Of a DNA stretch of 31,320 bases, positions 20,643 to 31,135 are shown piece by piece. Under the pieces are notes generated by a model, which was given only the letters and a program-made list of their open reading frames with translations, searched no databases and had not been told where the DNA came from. The stretch's first letter is position 1. Each line of letters starts with the position of its first letter. The position numbers and the translations under genes are program-made. Origin of the DNA: Spirogloea muscicola (Eukaryota); NCBI GenBank assembly GCA_009602725.1, contig WELB01000018.1, positions 617,411 to 648,730 on the forward strand, written 5' to 3'.

Positions 20643-22523
20643 ATGGCGCAGTTGACTCCGGCGGCGGCGGCGGCGGCGACGACCGCCCGAGCGGGCGCCG
20701 GCGCGAATGCCGGCGGCGCCGCCGCCAGGGGCAAAGTCCTCGTCTGCTGCTCCAGCGCTGACCACATCGATCTGCAGGTCACATGTTCGACTCTGCGCTC
20801 GGCCTTGGTCGCCATGGATTACCGTCGCTCGGCTTCTTTGTGGCACCTCGGCGACTGATATCTGAGGAGGCCGTTGAAGCCGAGCTGACGGCCGGCTGAC
20901 GGTGGGCTCCCGCTAATATATCGCTTATTGTGCAGAGCGGCAAGCACCAGCCGACGGGGTTCTTCCTCAAGGAGCTCGGCCGGCCGCTCATCCGGCTCCT
21001 CGAGAACAACTACCAAGTGGTGGTGAGAGCAAAGCTCGGCTGCTCGGCTTCCAATTCCGTTGAGCTTGATTGCCAGTATCTTTTGGTTAGTCCTTGTGCG
21101 CCGCGACGGTCTTGGTCATTAACCAACGACGCTGAAGCCTGCCGTGGTTGCTGGCGCCGTCTCCAGTTCGCCAACCCGAAGGGCAACGCGCCCGCCATGG
21201 ACCCCATGTCCAACAGCAAGCTGTGGTTCAACCCCTTGCACTGGGGCGAGAAGGACGAGGAGGTGAAGATGCTGGACCGCATGCACGCGGAGGGCAACCT
21301 GGACCGCCCCCGCCCGTTCGCGTCCATCTCCGACGAGGAGCTGGAGTCCTTTGATGGCATCCTCGTTCCGGGAGGTTGGTCCACCATCATAGTACCCTCG
21401 TTGACATAAGGACCTTTGATAGAGCTGCACTCAGGCCGGAGCTGCTCGGCAAGGGCAGCGCCAGCCTCTCTGAGTATGCCCAACTGAGTCTGACTAGTGG
21501 TGTGCTACGCTCCTTGCCTCCTGCGTTCTTGAAGGCCATGCTCCGATGGCGGACCTGTGGAATGACCCCAACCTGGGCCGCATTCTCCTCCACTTCCACA
21601 ACCGCGCCAAGCCGACCGGTCAGCTATCTTCACTACGTTCCCAGTCAAGCTTTCACCGAGATCATTCTGTGTGCTGCGTGCCGACCCGTAAAGCACGACT
21701 CCCGCACACCGGCTGGTGCACTGATGTCCTGAGCTACATCTGTTATCGCATGAAGTGTACTGAGTAGGTGCCACGATATCCCTGTGGGTGCTGGGCAGGA
21801 ATGATTTGCCACGCTCCCATTGCGCTGCTGTCCACAAAGCAGGTGCAGCCGAATGCACCGTGGGCATATGCAGGGTACAAGATGACGTGCTACTCGAACG
21901 TCGAAGAGAAGCTCAACGAGCTGATGTGGATGAGCAATCTCCCTTACCTTGTGACTTGACATTCTCTTGACCTTTCTGCTGAGTAGCACACCATGTGCCG
22001 GACTAGTACAGCGCTTGAGACCCTTGCTGAGCCGCAGGAAAGCAAGACAAGGTGACTATGTCCAGATTTATTAGCGGAGTTCAATGAGACCGTATCCTCG
22101 TCAGCCCTTAACAGGGAGCAGTCTGATTTTTACAGGTGGAGACAGAGTTGAGGAACAATGGCGCCATAATGGTGGAGGCTCTTCCCATGATTCCCAAGGT
22201 CACGGTTGACAGGGAGCTCATTAGTGCTCAGGTCCGGGCTGACCCACTCCTTGCAACTGCATGCAGACTTGGGAGGCTACTTATATCAGCCGAGGCAGCC
22301 TCAGGGTGGTTGCTGCTCTCAAGCAGATTGTTGCTAGAGTATCCAGTGAGGAGCCTGCTTGTGCTCAGGATCATGAATTTGACATCTTACTTTTGTTATG
22401 AGACAGGGCCCGACCTCTGCCGATCAATTTGGAGCAGAATTTGTGAAACACCTGAGCGACAAGAGCCAGACCCAGTTGCAGGGGCAAGCTTTTGCACCGC
22501 AGGCACGCATGTCTGTAAATTGA
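20643..22523 (+). CDS. DJ-1/PfpI (ThiJ; Hsp31/glyoxalase III-like) protein, paralogue A, ~292 aa. Exons 20643-20777, 20936-21022, 21167-21374, 21535-21618, 21799-21950, 22136-22231, 22407-22523
   Basis: KVLVCCSSADH..QPTGFFLKELGRPL (conserved Glu), FANPKG, FDGILVPGGHAPMADL, KPTGMICHAPIALL (nucleophile Cys-His), VTVDRELISAQGPTSA. The start is tentative because of the N at 20630. Confidence 0.92.
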
Positions 22524-23200
22524 TTAAGTACTTGCACCACAACATGACGTACAACTGTCCTGTGCAGTATGAAGAGAATGATATGATGTGGAGTATATAG
22601 TAAAACCAGCTCAACAAATTTGGTGAAGCACCTTTCACCATGCAGCCATGTTTCACCTGCATGAATAGTGGCAGGCTACATATGTAACACGGAAGTACCT
22701 TCGAGGTCTTGAAAGTACCTCGAAGGTTGTACCACCTCTCAAAAGTCTGTCATGCATATTGCATTGCGAAATCGTTAAGGTCCAAGCCTGTAGAAGTCAC
22801 GGCTGTTGAGATTTGTGACCGAGAAAGCAACACACAGAGTAGACATGCAGATCTAAATCAGGCACGTTGAAGAGACATATTATATTGCCGATTATTCATA
22901 TGGAGGCTTCTTGCGCCATACTGTCTAGATTTCCGATAAAAAATGTCCGATCCCTTCGCTCCTTCACTGCTTGCAGGCCATGCTTCAGTACTAAACCTGC
23001 AGTAAATCTCAAACCGAGCCGCACTCACCTCTGCTTTTACGGCCACTGCGCTATCTGGGCAGCCACTAACTGCAATCTTAGCCAAAGCATTAAGGGTTAG
23101 TTGAAGTGCGGCTTCCAATCGGAGGGCAAGCTGCTGGTTCTCCAGTTTGTAGGCGACCTCAGCATCGGAATACTGCGCAGGAGTGACTAGCACACTCATG

Positions 23201-23272
23201 ATTGCAATGCTGTCCACAAGGCAGGTGGAGCCAAGTGCACCATGCGCATAAGCTGGGTGCAGTACGACTGCT
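23201..23272 (+). pseudogene. Degenerate remnant of DJ-1 exon 5
   Basis: IAMLSTRQVEPSAPCA*AGC versus IALLSTKQVQPNAPWAYAGY; the nucleotide match tgctgtccacaa.gcaggtggagc is clear. Confidence 0.7.
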
Positions 23273-24252
23273 CTTAAACTGGGAGGGCAGATTAATGAGC
23301 CGGTGTAGATGAGCAAGTACATTTACCCAAACAACAGTTTTTTGCGTTCAAATCGGTTCATACAATTTTCTGGACGTCCACTGTCTCGCAGTGCAGAATT
23401 TAGGATTTTGAAGGGGCTGAAAGCACAAAATACGCAGCGTTACAAAGCGGCTACAACCAATGGGTGCTGAATAATCTCTAATCAACAGCCGCAAGTAGCA
23501 GTAGCTCTTCTTTCGCTTGCAGCTGGAAAAGAGTCACTGCGTCGTAAGTCAGTGGCAGCGGCCAAGGCTTGACCTGCTCGCAATGCACAGTGAAGGCCTG
23601 CGAAGGCTGGAGCGTAATACATATTTGTTCATTTAAGGGGCAATCGCACACTTGAGGAAGCGACCCGGCGGCAAGCAACCGGGCTGCTCGCCCTGCTACC
23701 CTTGACGCCGAATTAATACTGGTCGCATAAGCTGTTTGAGAAGGCCGAGCTACAGAGACTTAGAAGCCATGTGGACCTCGACTCCCCTGCTCGTCGCTGG
23801 CAGGGTAATCCGCGCTTCCGCCCCTTGGCGCCTGCGCTTTCGCTGACAGCGTGCCCCGCCGATTGGGTTGTGGGTCCAAGGAAATTTGTCCTGACGACGT
23901 CCGCAATCAGACAGGAGCCGCCCAAGCCAGGCAAAACAGGTGACAGGGTTGTTTAATTGGTCGGAACACTGGCAGCTTAGAGACGTAAGCTCTTCCAGAG
24001 GGGGCAGGGGCTGTGAAAGAAAGGGGCTCTTACAAATGGGTCGAGGGCTACAAAACGACAGGCCATAAAAAGTGGACAAGGTCCAAAGGGCAGGAAGGTG
24101 CTAAAACCACACAGCTATGCAAGTGGCTACAGCGTATGGGCTTAGTAACCCAAGCATAGTAAACCAAGTCAGCAGCCGCAAGTTGGAGTAACTTGCAAAA
24201 TTCATTGACCACATCATCCTAGAAGCGTAGCCAAAGCGCGCCCCCCCCGCAT

Positions 24253-24710
24253 GTGGGAGGTGCTGAGCAGAAAAAGCTCCGACACTACTCAGACTACCCC
24301 CGCAGTGACCACCTCCTCCCGGCCGCAATCGACACTTTCGACTGCTTGGGTCCTCGCTTCCATACCCTACTCGAGAACATAGCGAGTCTGGGATATGCAC
24401 GACGCGAGGATATGCTCCCAGCCCAGATGGGTATGCCGGCAGCCTATCTGTCATTTCTGCGACGTCGAGTGTCAACCTGTCTGCAACGAGCTCAGGCGTA
24501 TGCTCTGCATCAGAAAGCTGGTCGAGCCTTAGCTGCTGGCACAAGAGCTAGTCAATTGCCGTCCGGTATTCGAGCGTCAGCTAGCGACCTCTACGTGCTG
24601 ACTCGTGGTTACTGAGCGGGTCAGCTTAGCAGCAGGTGACGTACATTTGTCCAATGTGCTTGCCTTTGTACTTGGCCACACATGGCCTCCCCATCTCTTA
24701 ATATACACGC
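24253..24710 (+). mobile_element. RLE-type LINE 3' fragment with an open ORF tail and 3' UTR
   Basis: AEQKKLRHYSDY..LLPAAIDTFDCLGPRFHTLLENIA..YLSFLRRRVSTCLQRAQAYALHQKAG..SDLYVLTRGY*, typical of the C-terminus of CRE-like RLE elements. Confidence 0.82.
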
Positions 24711-25048
24711 ATTTTCCCCGCAAGTGCACTGCGTGAGCCTGGGAACGCTGACATTAGGTGGAGAGCCGCATGCGGAACCCCACCTGGACAAGTGACCCGG
24801 CATCGAAACCGGGGAGCTCACCTTGCTGCCCCTGACTGCAATTGATGGCCCGCCGTGAAAGCCACTGCAGGTCTGGCCACCAACTGCCAAATGCCCCATG
24901 CCTGAAAGACATGAACAAGGTTTGAAGGGACAGGAAAGCGCAGAGAGCCCAGCCAGAAGGAGCGCGTAGAAGAAAGCGGCTGTGGAAAGCCAGCCAGATA
25001 CATACAAGTGTTTATGACGGAGCCACAGGCTAGGCAGACAGGGCGCCC

Positions 25049-25130
25049 TTAGTACCCCCGTGTCAGCAGTAGGAAGTCAGATGAGCTGAGGGGGAGGAGG
25101 AGCAACCCCGCTGCGCAAGCCAGAGGCTGC
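25049..25130 (-). mobile_element. LINE ORF tail (SSSDFLLLTRGY*)
   Basis: Same terminal motif as the other copies. Confidence 0.65.
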
Positions 25131-25187
25131 TGCAAGGGCGCGACCAGCGCGGCGGTGCGTAGGAGGGAGCAGCTTCTGGGGACAGTG

Positions 25188-25315
25188 GCCACGTGTGTGT
25201 GTCGTCGGAGTCTGCCACCCCCGTGACCTGGCAGCCACGTCGGCGCGTCCAGCGAAGCACGGGCCACGTCGGCAGCGCCACGTCCGAGCCCGCGCTCGCC
25301 ATCTGGGAGCCACGT
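25188..25315. promoter_or_regulatory. Five co-oriented GCCACGT (ABRE/G-box-like; ACGTGGC on the minus strand) motifs upstream of DJ-1 paralogue B
   Basis: GCCACGT begins at 25188, 25234, 25263, 25277 and 25309. Confidence 0.55.
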
Positions 25316-25429
25316 CGCGCAGCCCGCCTGTATGGGCCGCGGCCAAGTGGCACCCCCGCACCCCCCCACTTCTCTCCCCCTGAACTGAATAACGAATAAC
25401 ACACGAACCTTATTCCATCGCCTCTGAAT

Positions 25430-25812
25430 GAAGAAGTGCCCGCCCATAGAGAAGAGGGGCTGGCAAAGCCAGCCCAAAAACAATGGACAATGTCCAAAGC
25501 CAAAGAATGCACCTGGAGAGCGGCTGGATCGACAAGAGCGGCCTTCACACCGCTTCTTCATGATCAGCAGCCGCATTCCTTTCCCCCTTGAGTAATTTGT
25601 AGCTGCTTTCTTTCTTTGTGTGCTTTGGTTTCTTAGCGCTTCCTCTGGCTTCCACTGACCCGCCGCATGCTCACTAGGGGAGTATTGAGCACCCAATGGC
25701 CACTTGAGTCGCAGTGTGCTTTAGCGCTTTTCTGGCGCCTTCGAAATCTGATCATTATCTTTCTGAACTGGCCGATCACAGCCATCACCCTTCACTGGAG
25801 GAGTCCTTCATT
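25430..25812. mobile_element. Back-to-back LINE 3' ends (minus ~25430-25510; plus ~25600-25812) directly upstream of paralogue B
   Basis: These match 6577-6673 and 17521-17660 respectively. Confidence 0.75.
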
Positions 25813-25858
25813 CCAACCCGACCTCCGCCCGGCTGGCCGAGCTCTCGCTCAGCCGGCC

Positions 25859-28153
25859 ATGGCCGCCGCCAGCCTCGCAGCCGCGCCAGCAATCCCGCCC
25901 GCGGCCCTCCGCAGCCTCTGCCGCTGCGCCCGGCAGGCGCCGCCGGCAGCGGCGCTTGTCAGCCCGCGGCAGCGGCGGCGCAGGCGCGGAGCCCTCCGCC
26001 TCCTCGACCGGCTCGCGGGGGCCGCCGATGGTCCCAAGACTGCCGACGATGGACGGGCTCCGTTTGCGCGTCAGGCGGCCCGCTGCGCGACGGAGATGCC
26101 TTCGGCTGCGACCGTTGAGCCGATCGCAGCGGCTGCCGGCGCCGCCAAGGGCAAGGTCCTCATCTGCTGCTCCAGCGCCGACCATGTGGACCTCCAGGTC
26201 TCCTCGCTTCTATCCTCACCTCGTTGTTCAGGGTCGCCACTCCACTGTCTCAGCTTCTTGCTTCTGAGGAGGCTGTTACGGTACAACGTTAATTCGATAC
26301 ACACACAATTGGCCGTGCACAGAGCGAGCTGCAAGCTGCTTCAGCTGTGGCGTCTGCTACTGGACTGGCGTTGTTGAGACCAGTCATCTTGACGATACTG
26401 CTGTGGAAGTCAGAGGAGGTTCTACTCTATAAGCTCAACTGTATGACTCAAGTGTGAAGATAGTCCACTTCCCTATGATGCTGCAGAGCGGCAAGCAGCA
26501 GCCGACGGGGTTCTTCCTCAAGGAGCTGGGCCGGCCGCTCGTTCGGCTGCTCGATTCCAACTACCACGTGGTGGTGAGCGACGCGACTTGGCAGCGCACG
26601 CCGCCAAGCCTGCATAGTCGGCTCGTCAGTGCTAGCTTGACGGTGTCGTTCGTTGTGCGTTGAGTAGGCCCCACTGACGGTGCTGACACATGCCTTGTTC
26701 ACCTTTGGCGATCCAGTTTGCCAACCCAAAGGGCAACGCACCGTCGATGGACCCTTTGTCTGATAGCAAGCTGTGGTTCAACCCCTGGCACTGGTCCGAG
26801 AAGGACGACGAGGTGCAGCTGCTGGAGTGCCTGCATGCCGAAGGCAACCTGGACCAGCCCCGCACGTTCGCCTCAATTTCTGATGAAGAGCTTGAGTCTT
26901 TTGATGGCGTCCTTATTCCTGGAGGTCGGTGTGGACTTGTCGTGCTGCCTGTTATTTCTCCAAAGAAGACACAACTATGTGCCTGCTTGTTGCTTCAAAG
27001 TGCTGCTTGTAGGGAAACAAGCATGACATGACCATCTTCCGGGCTCTCCGCAAGTTGCACGCACCTCCTCTGCGGAGGTGCCTGACACTCAGGTGGACTG
27101 TCATCTTTGACATAATGCACAGAGTGAAGCATGCAGCTGTCAAAGCTGCGGTGTTACCACACTCACCAACCCAAGTACTCCGTGGGACGACTGGCTCTGT
27201 GTGCTCGTGCTTGCAGGTCATGCCCCCATGACTGACCTGTGGAATGACCCTGAGCTAGGCCGCATACTCCTCCACTTTCACCAGCGCTCCAAGCCGACCG
27301 GTAAGCTGGTTTTCATAAGCCAGCTACAGAGGTGAGGAGCAGTCCTTTCTCCCTTAGTTGCTTCCCCACTCTGGAGTAGCCAGAGATGCCTGCGAGCTGG
27401 CGTGGACCTCCAATGTATACAATGCGCGTATGTCGTCCTCAGAGAATGATTGGTTTGCCTATCTGTGTATTGCTGTGCAGGGATGATCTGTCATGCCCCG
27501 ATTGCCCTGCTGTCCACGAAGCAGGTGGAGCTCAACGCACCTTGGGCGTACGAAGGGTACAAGATGACGTGCTACTCAGATGCCGAGGAGAACATGATTG
27601 AGCTTCTGTGGCTGGGCAAACTGCCATACAAGGTGATGGGATTCATCTGCCTGGGACTCTTGGACGGTCCCTTTGTTGGGCCCCTCACAGAGGCTGTGCC
27701 TCTGGAGGCCTCCGACTCGCTTGCATAGCATGTACTCCCACAAAGCTCCTCCCATACTCATTCACAGGTCGAGTCTGAGCTGAGGGAAAGTGGCGGAATC
27801 CTGGTTGAGGCGCTCCCCATGATGCCCAAGGTCACCATCGACAGGGAACTCATCAGCGCCCAGGTCTGGCATAGCCAACTTAACTTTTGCAACGAGTGCC
27901 CTGTTCACGTTTGAATTGGAGTCCACCTCGGTCTCAGCTAAAGCATCATGTGTGGTGCTTGCTGTCCTGGGACAGATATGCTCCGGCTGTGCTTCACGAT
28001 GTCAAGTGGTCAAAGTAGCCCTGCCTTCGTGGAATGTCCATCTGGAGCAGTATTTGCAAGTGATGCACTCTATTTGTCAAGCAGGGCCCGACCTCCGCTG
28101 ATCAATTTGGAGCGGAATATGTTGAACAACTAAACAAGAAGCGTCAGGACTAG
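25859..28153 (+). CDS. DJ-1/PfpI (Hsp31-like) protein, paralogue B, ~344 aa with a putative transit peptide. Exons 25859-26197, 26487-26573, 26717-26924, 27217-27300, 27481-27632, 27768-27863, 28085-28153
   Basis: Same motifs as paralogue A (GFFLKELGRPL, PGGHAPM, GMICHAP). Internal exon lengths are identical (87/208/84/152/96). The N-terminal extension is Ala/Arg/Pro-rich. Confidence 0.93.
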
Positions 28154-28399
28154 TCATCCTCGTCACAGGTGCCAAGTATCTGAGGTTTGATCAATGTTGA
28201 GCTCAAAGGCCTGAAGGGTCACAGACTGCTAGCAGAAGGAATGCATGTGCTTGCAACACAGCACAGCAGGATTTCCAGCTCAAGCTTGCTTTCAGGATAT
28301 TTCAGGTGGCATGACTCTGCATGCATTTGTAGCTCAGCTTTTGTCAAGACCATCTGACAAGACGTGTCGAGGATAGAGAAGAAGGCTTTCCACAAGGGG

Positions 28400-29390
28400 C
28401 AGTGGCTGTGGAATGCCAGCTCAATGACAGTGCAGTGGGGGGGGGGAAAGGAGAGTCAGAGATGGACGAGGGGGGGGAGGAAGAGAAGAAAGAAAGAGCT
28501 CTTCCAACGTAAGGCCATGGCTGTGAGAAGCCAGCCGAATAGATGACCAAGTTTTGGAAGAAACCCTTCTACTGCGAGGCAATGCATGTGAAGACTCTTC
28601 CAGTTGAGGGCGATGGCCGTGTTTGGCCAGCCCAGAAAAAGGAATCAATAGTGGCCAGCCCAACCCAGAAAAGGCTCTTCTAGTGAGGGCGATGGTTGTG
28701 CAAGAAAGCGGCTGCTGATATGAAAGAATCGGCTGTGAAATGCCACGAGTGGGAGCAAGGGCCTGCCCGTTTCAGCCCACCCTGGCCGGCCGTGCCGCGA
28801 CACTTCTCCGCTAAAGCCTCCTGGCGCCAGGAACACACACCTAGCTGGCTGTTGCACACATCCCGTCGGCAATGCCACGCGGCGACCGCCAGCCGAAGTT
28901 GGCAAGCCACGTGCTTGTGACACGTGGGCGGCCTGTTGTAGTTTCCTGTTGTAGTATCAGCAGCCGCTTTCTTCTTGGCAGCCTCCATTGCATTTCCCGA
29001 CCTTGTTACATCATTGTGGGGTGGCCTCTCACAGCCTCTGCCTTCCTTTGGGACGGCTCTTACTTTGGGCTGGCTCTTCACAGCAACCGACTCCTCTCCC
29101 CGGCTCCTCTGTCCGTTGTTCCTTGGGCTGGCCCTTGTCACAGCCATCCGCCCCTCTCGGAAGGTCTTTAACCCTTGCTCATTCATTCTGGGGGTTGCAC
29201 AGCTGGTTTCACAGCCATCGCCCCTTACTGACTGAGTCACTCTTTCGTTGTTCTCTAGCCACCGCCTTCCTCTTATCTGGTATTGGGCTGGCTTTCGACA
29301 GCCCTCGCCCCCCGTGAAAGAGCTGCTCCTTTCTCTTCTGGTCCCTTGCAACTTGTCCCATTCTTAGGGGCTGGCCTTTACAGGCATTGC
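28400..29390. repeat. Divergent arrays of degenerate LINE 3' stem-loop units around a GC-rich core with two CACGTG G-boxes
   Basis: Minus-oriented units near 28404, 28519, 28615, 28653, 28693 and 28731; plus-oriented units near 29021, 29067, 29125, 29201, 29285 and 29368. CACGTG at 28908-28913 and 28921-28926. Confidence 0.7.
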
Positions 29391-30025
29391 TCCCTTTTGA
29401 GGGGAGCTAGATGGATTGATATACATCTAGCTAAACACTACAACAAGCTAGCATGCAAGCACAGCTTGACCTGCCTCAGGTCCAGCTCTGACCAGTGATG
29501 CCCTGCTCGTTCGTCTGCGTCTGTAGCTTCTGTTGACCTTGAAGTGACTGAAACTTGTTGCAGGGAGCGACGGAGTACAGATGCCTCATCATCCGACAGC
29601 TTTGAAAAAGTGTGCAGCAGGACCCCTTACTCATGTATGCCTACTACTGAGGGAGTGGCAAGTGCAAAACATCATAGAAGGAGATGACTGTCAGGCCCCT
29701 CAACTGCAACGCCTGCATGAAAACATCGGCAGGTCTAAGCTCCTCACTGCCACTTCTTCGTCAACGGACAGTTGCAGCGGAGAAGACCAATACGCCAGTG
29801 CGAATCAGCACAATGAATGATTGTAAGAGAATGAGGGTTGTCATGTCTATGCCTGCATGACTACGAGAGTAGCCGTCACAATAAAGAATAAAGAATAGTG
29901 TAACTGGCTCCTACACGTGGTGCAGACAGGAGCAACTTCAGTGACGGCAGTGCCGTCTGTCTGAGCTGCCCGTCTAATGCAGGGAGGAGAGGCGTGCCGA
30001 GCCTAAAGCAGTGAGTTTGGCATAT

Positions 30026-31135
30026 TCACAGTCGCTCAAAGACTAGGTGAAGACCTGACTTTGAGTCGCCGCACTTGTGTATCCAGTACCGTTCTAGAAC
30101 GTACATGACGTACATCTGGCTGGCCAGCTGCATGGCTTTGATGTGCGAAGGCTTGCCCAGTGCCCGCCGGGCGTGCTCCCTAGAGGACCAGATGCACGTT
30201 GCCAGGCACTCCCTCTGCTCGTTGAGCGTGCCATACCAATACTGCAAGCAAAAGCCTGCCAGACATCAGTGCATGAATCATTGAGTCAACCTCGGCTAGT
30301 AGACATGCTACCTTGCCATTGGTACAAAGAGCATTGAGATATCTACAGCAATCAGTGCACCTTCAGCAGCCCTCCACTCTTCTTGGCCTCCTCGTGCGCG
30401 GCAGCATCGGCGGCATACAGCTGCTCCGAGTCAGCCTCCACTTTTCTGATTGACCTGAAGACCACGGCATAGAGTGGGCCGCCCACTTCGTCCGCATAAT
30501 AGGCAAGCTGTTGCAAGCGGGAAGCAGGCCGAAGACATCCTGTTGGATAGTCAGTGTGGTGTCAAAGCTTCTGGTAGTCTTCTAGCTTTTCTCGAGAAGA
30601 CAAGTAGGTAATCTAACGGTATCTGCTGTTCAAAGGGCTAAAATGATATTCACTGTCATTAATTTCATTGTCATCAGCAAGCTGATTCTGCAGCATATTC
30701 AGCAGCATTCACGGACCTTGAGCTACCGCTGTGGCGGGCAGTCAAGACGTGCAACTACAATTGACAACGCAAATTCGACTCGGTCATTCAGCACAGCAGC
30801 TGAGTCACAGCAATCCCGTGCTCGATCCAGGGTCAATGCCGAGGGCCCCCCGCTCTGGATCCTTGGACCAGCCTCAATCTGACCAACCTCGTGAACAGCT
30901 TCTCAAAGCCAATTGCACCTAGTCAAATCCACAGGACCTTAAGTGGATTGCATCATAGAGTCCTCGCCCGGCGACAGAGGGGCGCACGGACCTCTGGAAG
31001 GATGCGGTCCCACAGGAAGCAGTCCTCGTACGGCGTCGTCAGGGCGTCCGCGAGGGCGTCGGGCGTCGGCTCCAGGCCCTCCAGAAGCGGGAACATGGCT
31101 GGACCGGGCGCCTCCCGCGTCAGACTTGGCGCCAT
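30026..31135 (-). CDS. UPF0643-like protein (family I recall from fungi and bacteria), ~168 aa. Exons 30992-31135, 30361-30507, 30026-30241
   Basis: TTPYEDCFLWDRILPE|LAYY..LYAVVFRSIRKVEADSEQLYAADAAAHEEAKKSGGLLK|YWYGTLNEQRECLATCIWSSREHARRALGKPSHIKAMQLASQMYVMYVLERY. The FRS, AHEEA..GGLL.YW.G and LATCIW motifs match my recollection of the family. The exon 2 acceptor could alternatively give a start at 30539 with a different donor. Confidence 0.75.

Noticed and set aside
23640..23960. Possible degenerate coding fragment (..CPADWVVGPRKFVLTTSAIRQ)
   Set aside because: It may be TE-derived, but I cannot assign it from sequence alone.
29020..29390. CRISPR-like repeat-spacer array
   Set aside because: The repeats are degenerate and irregularly spaced, match LINE 3' UTRs elsewhere, and sit in a eukaryotic context with no cas genes.
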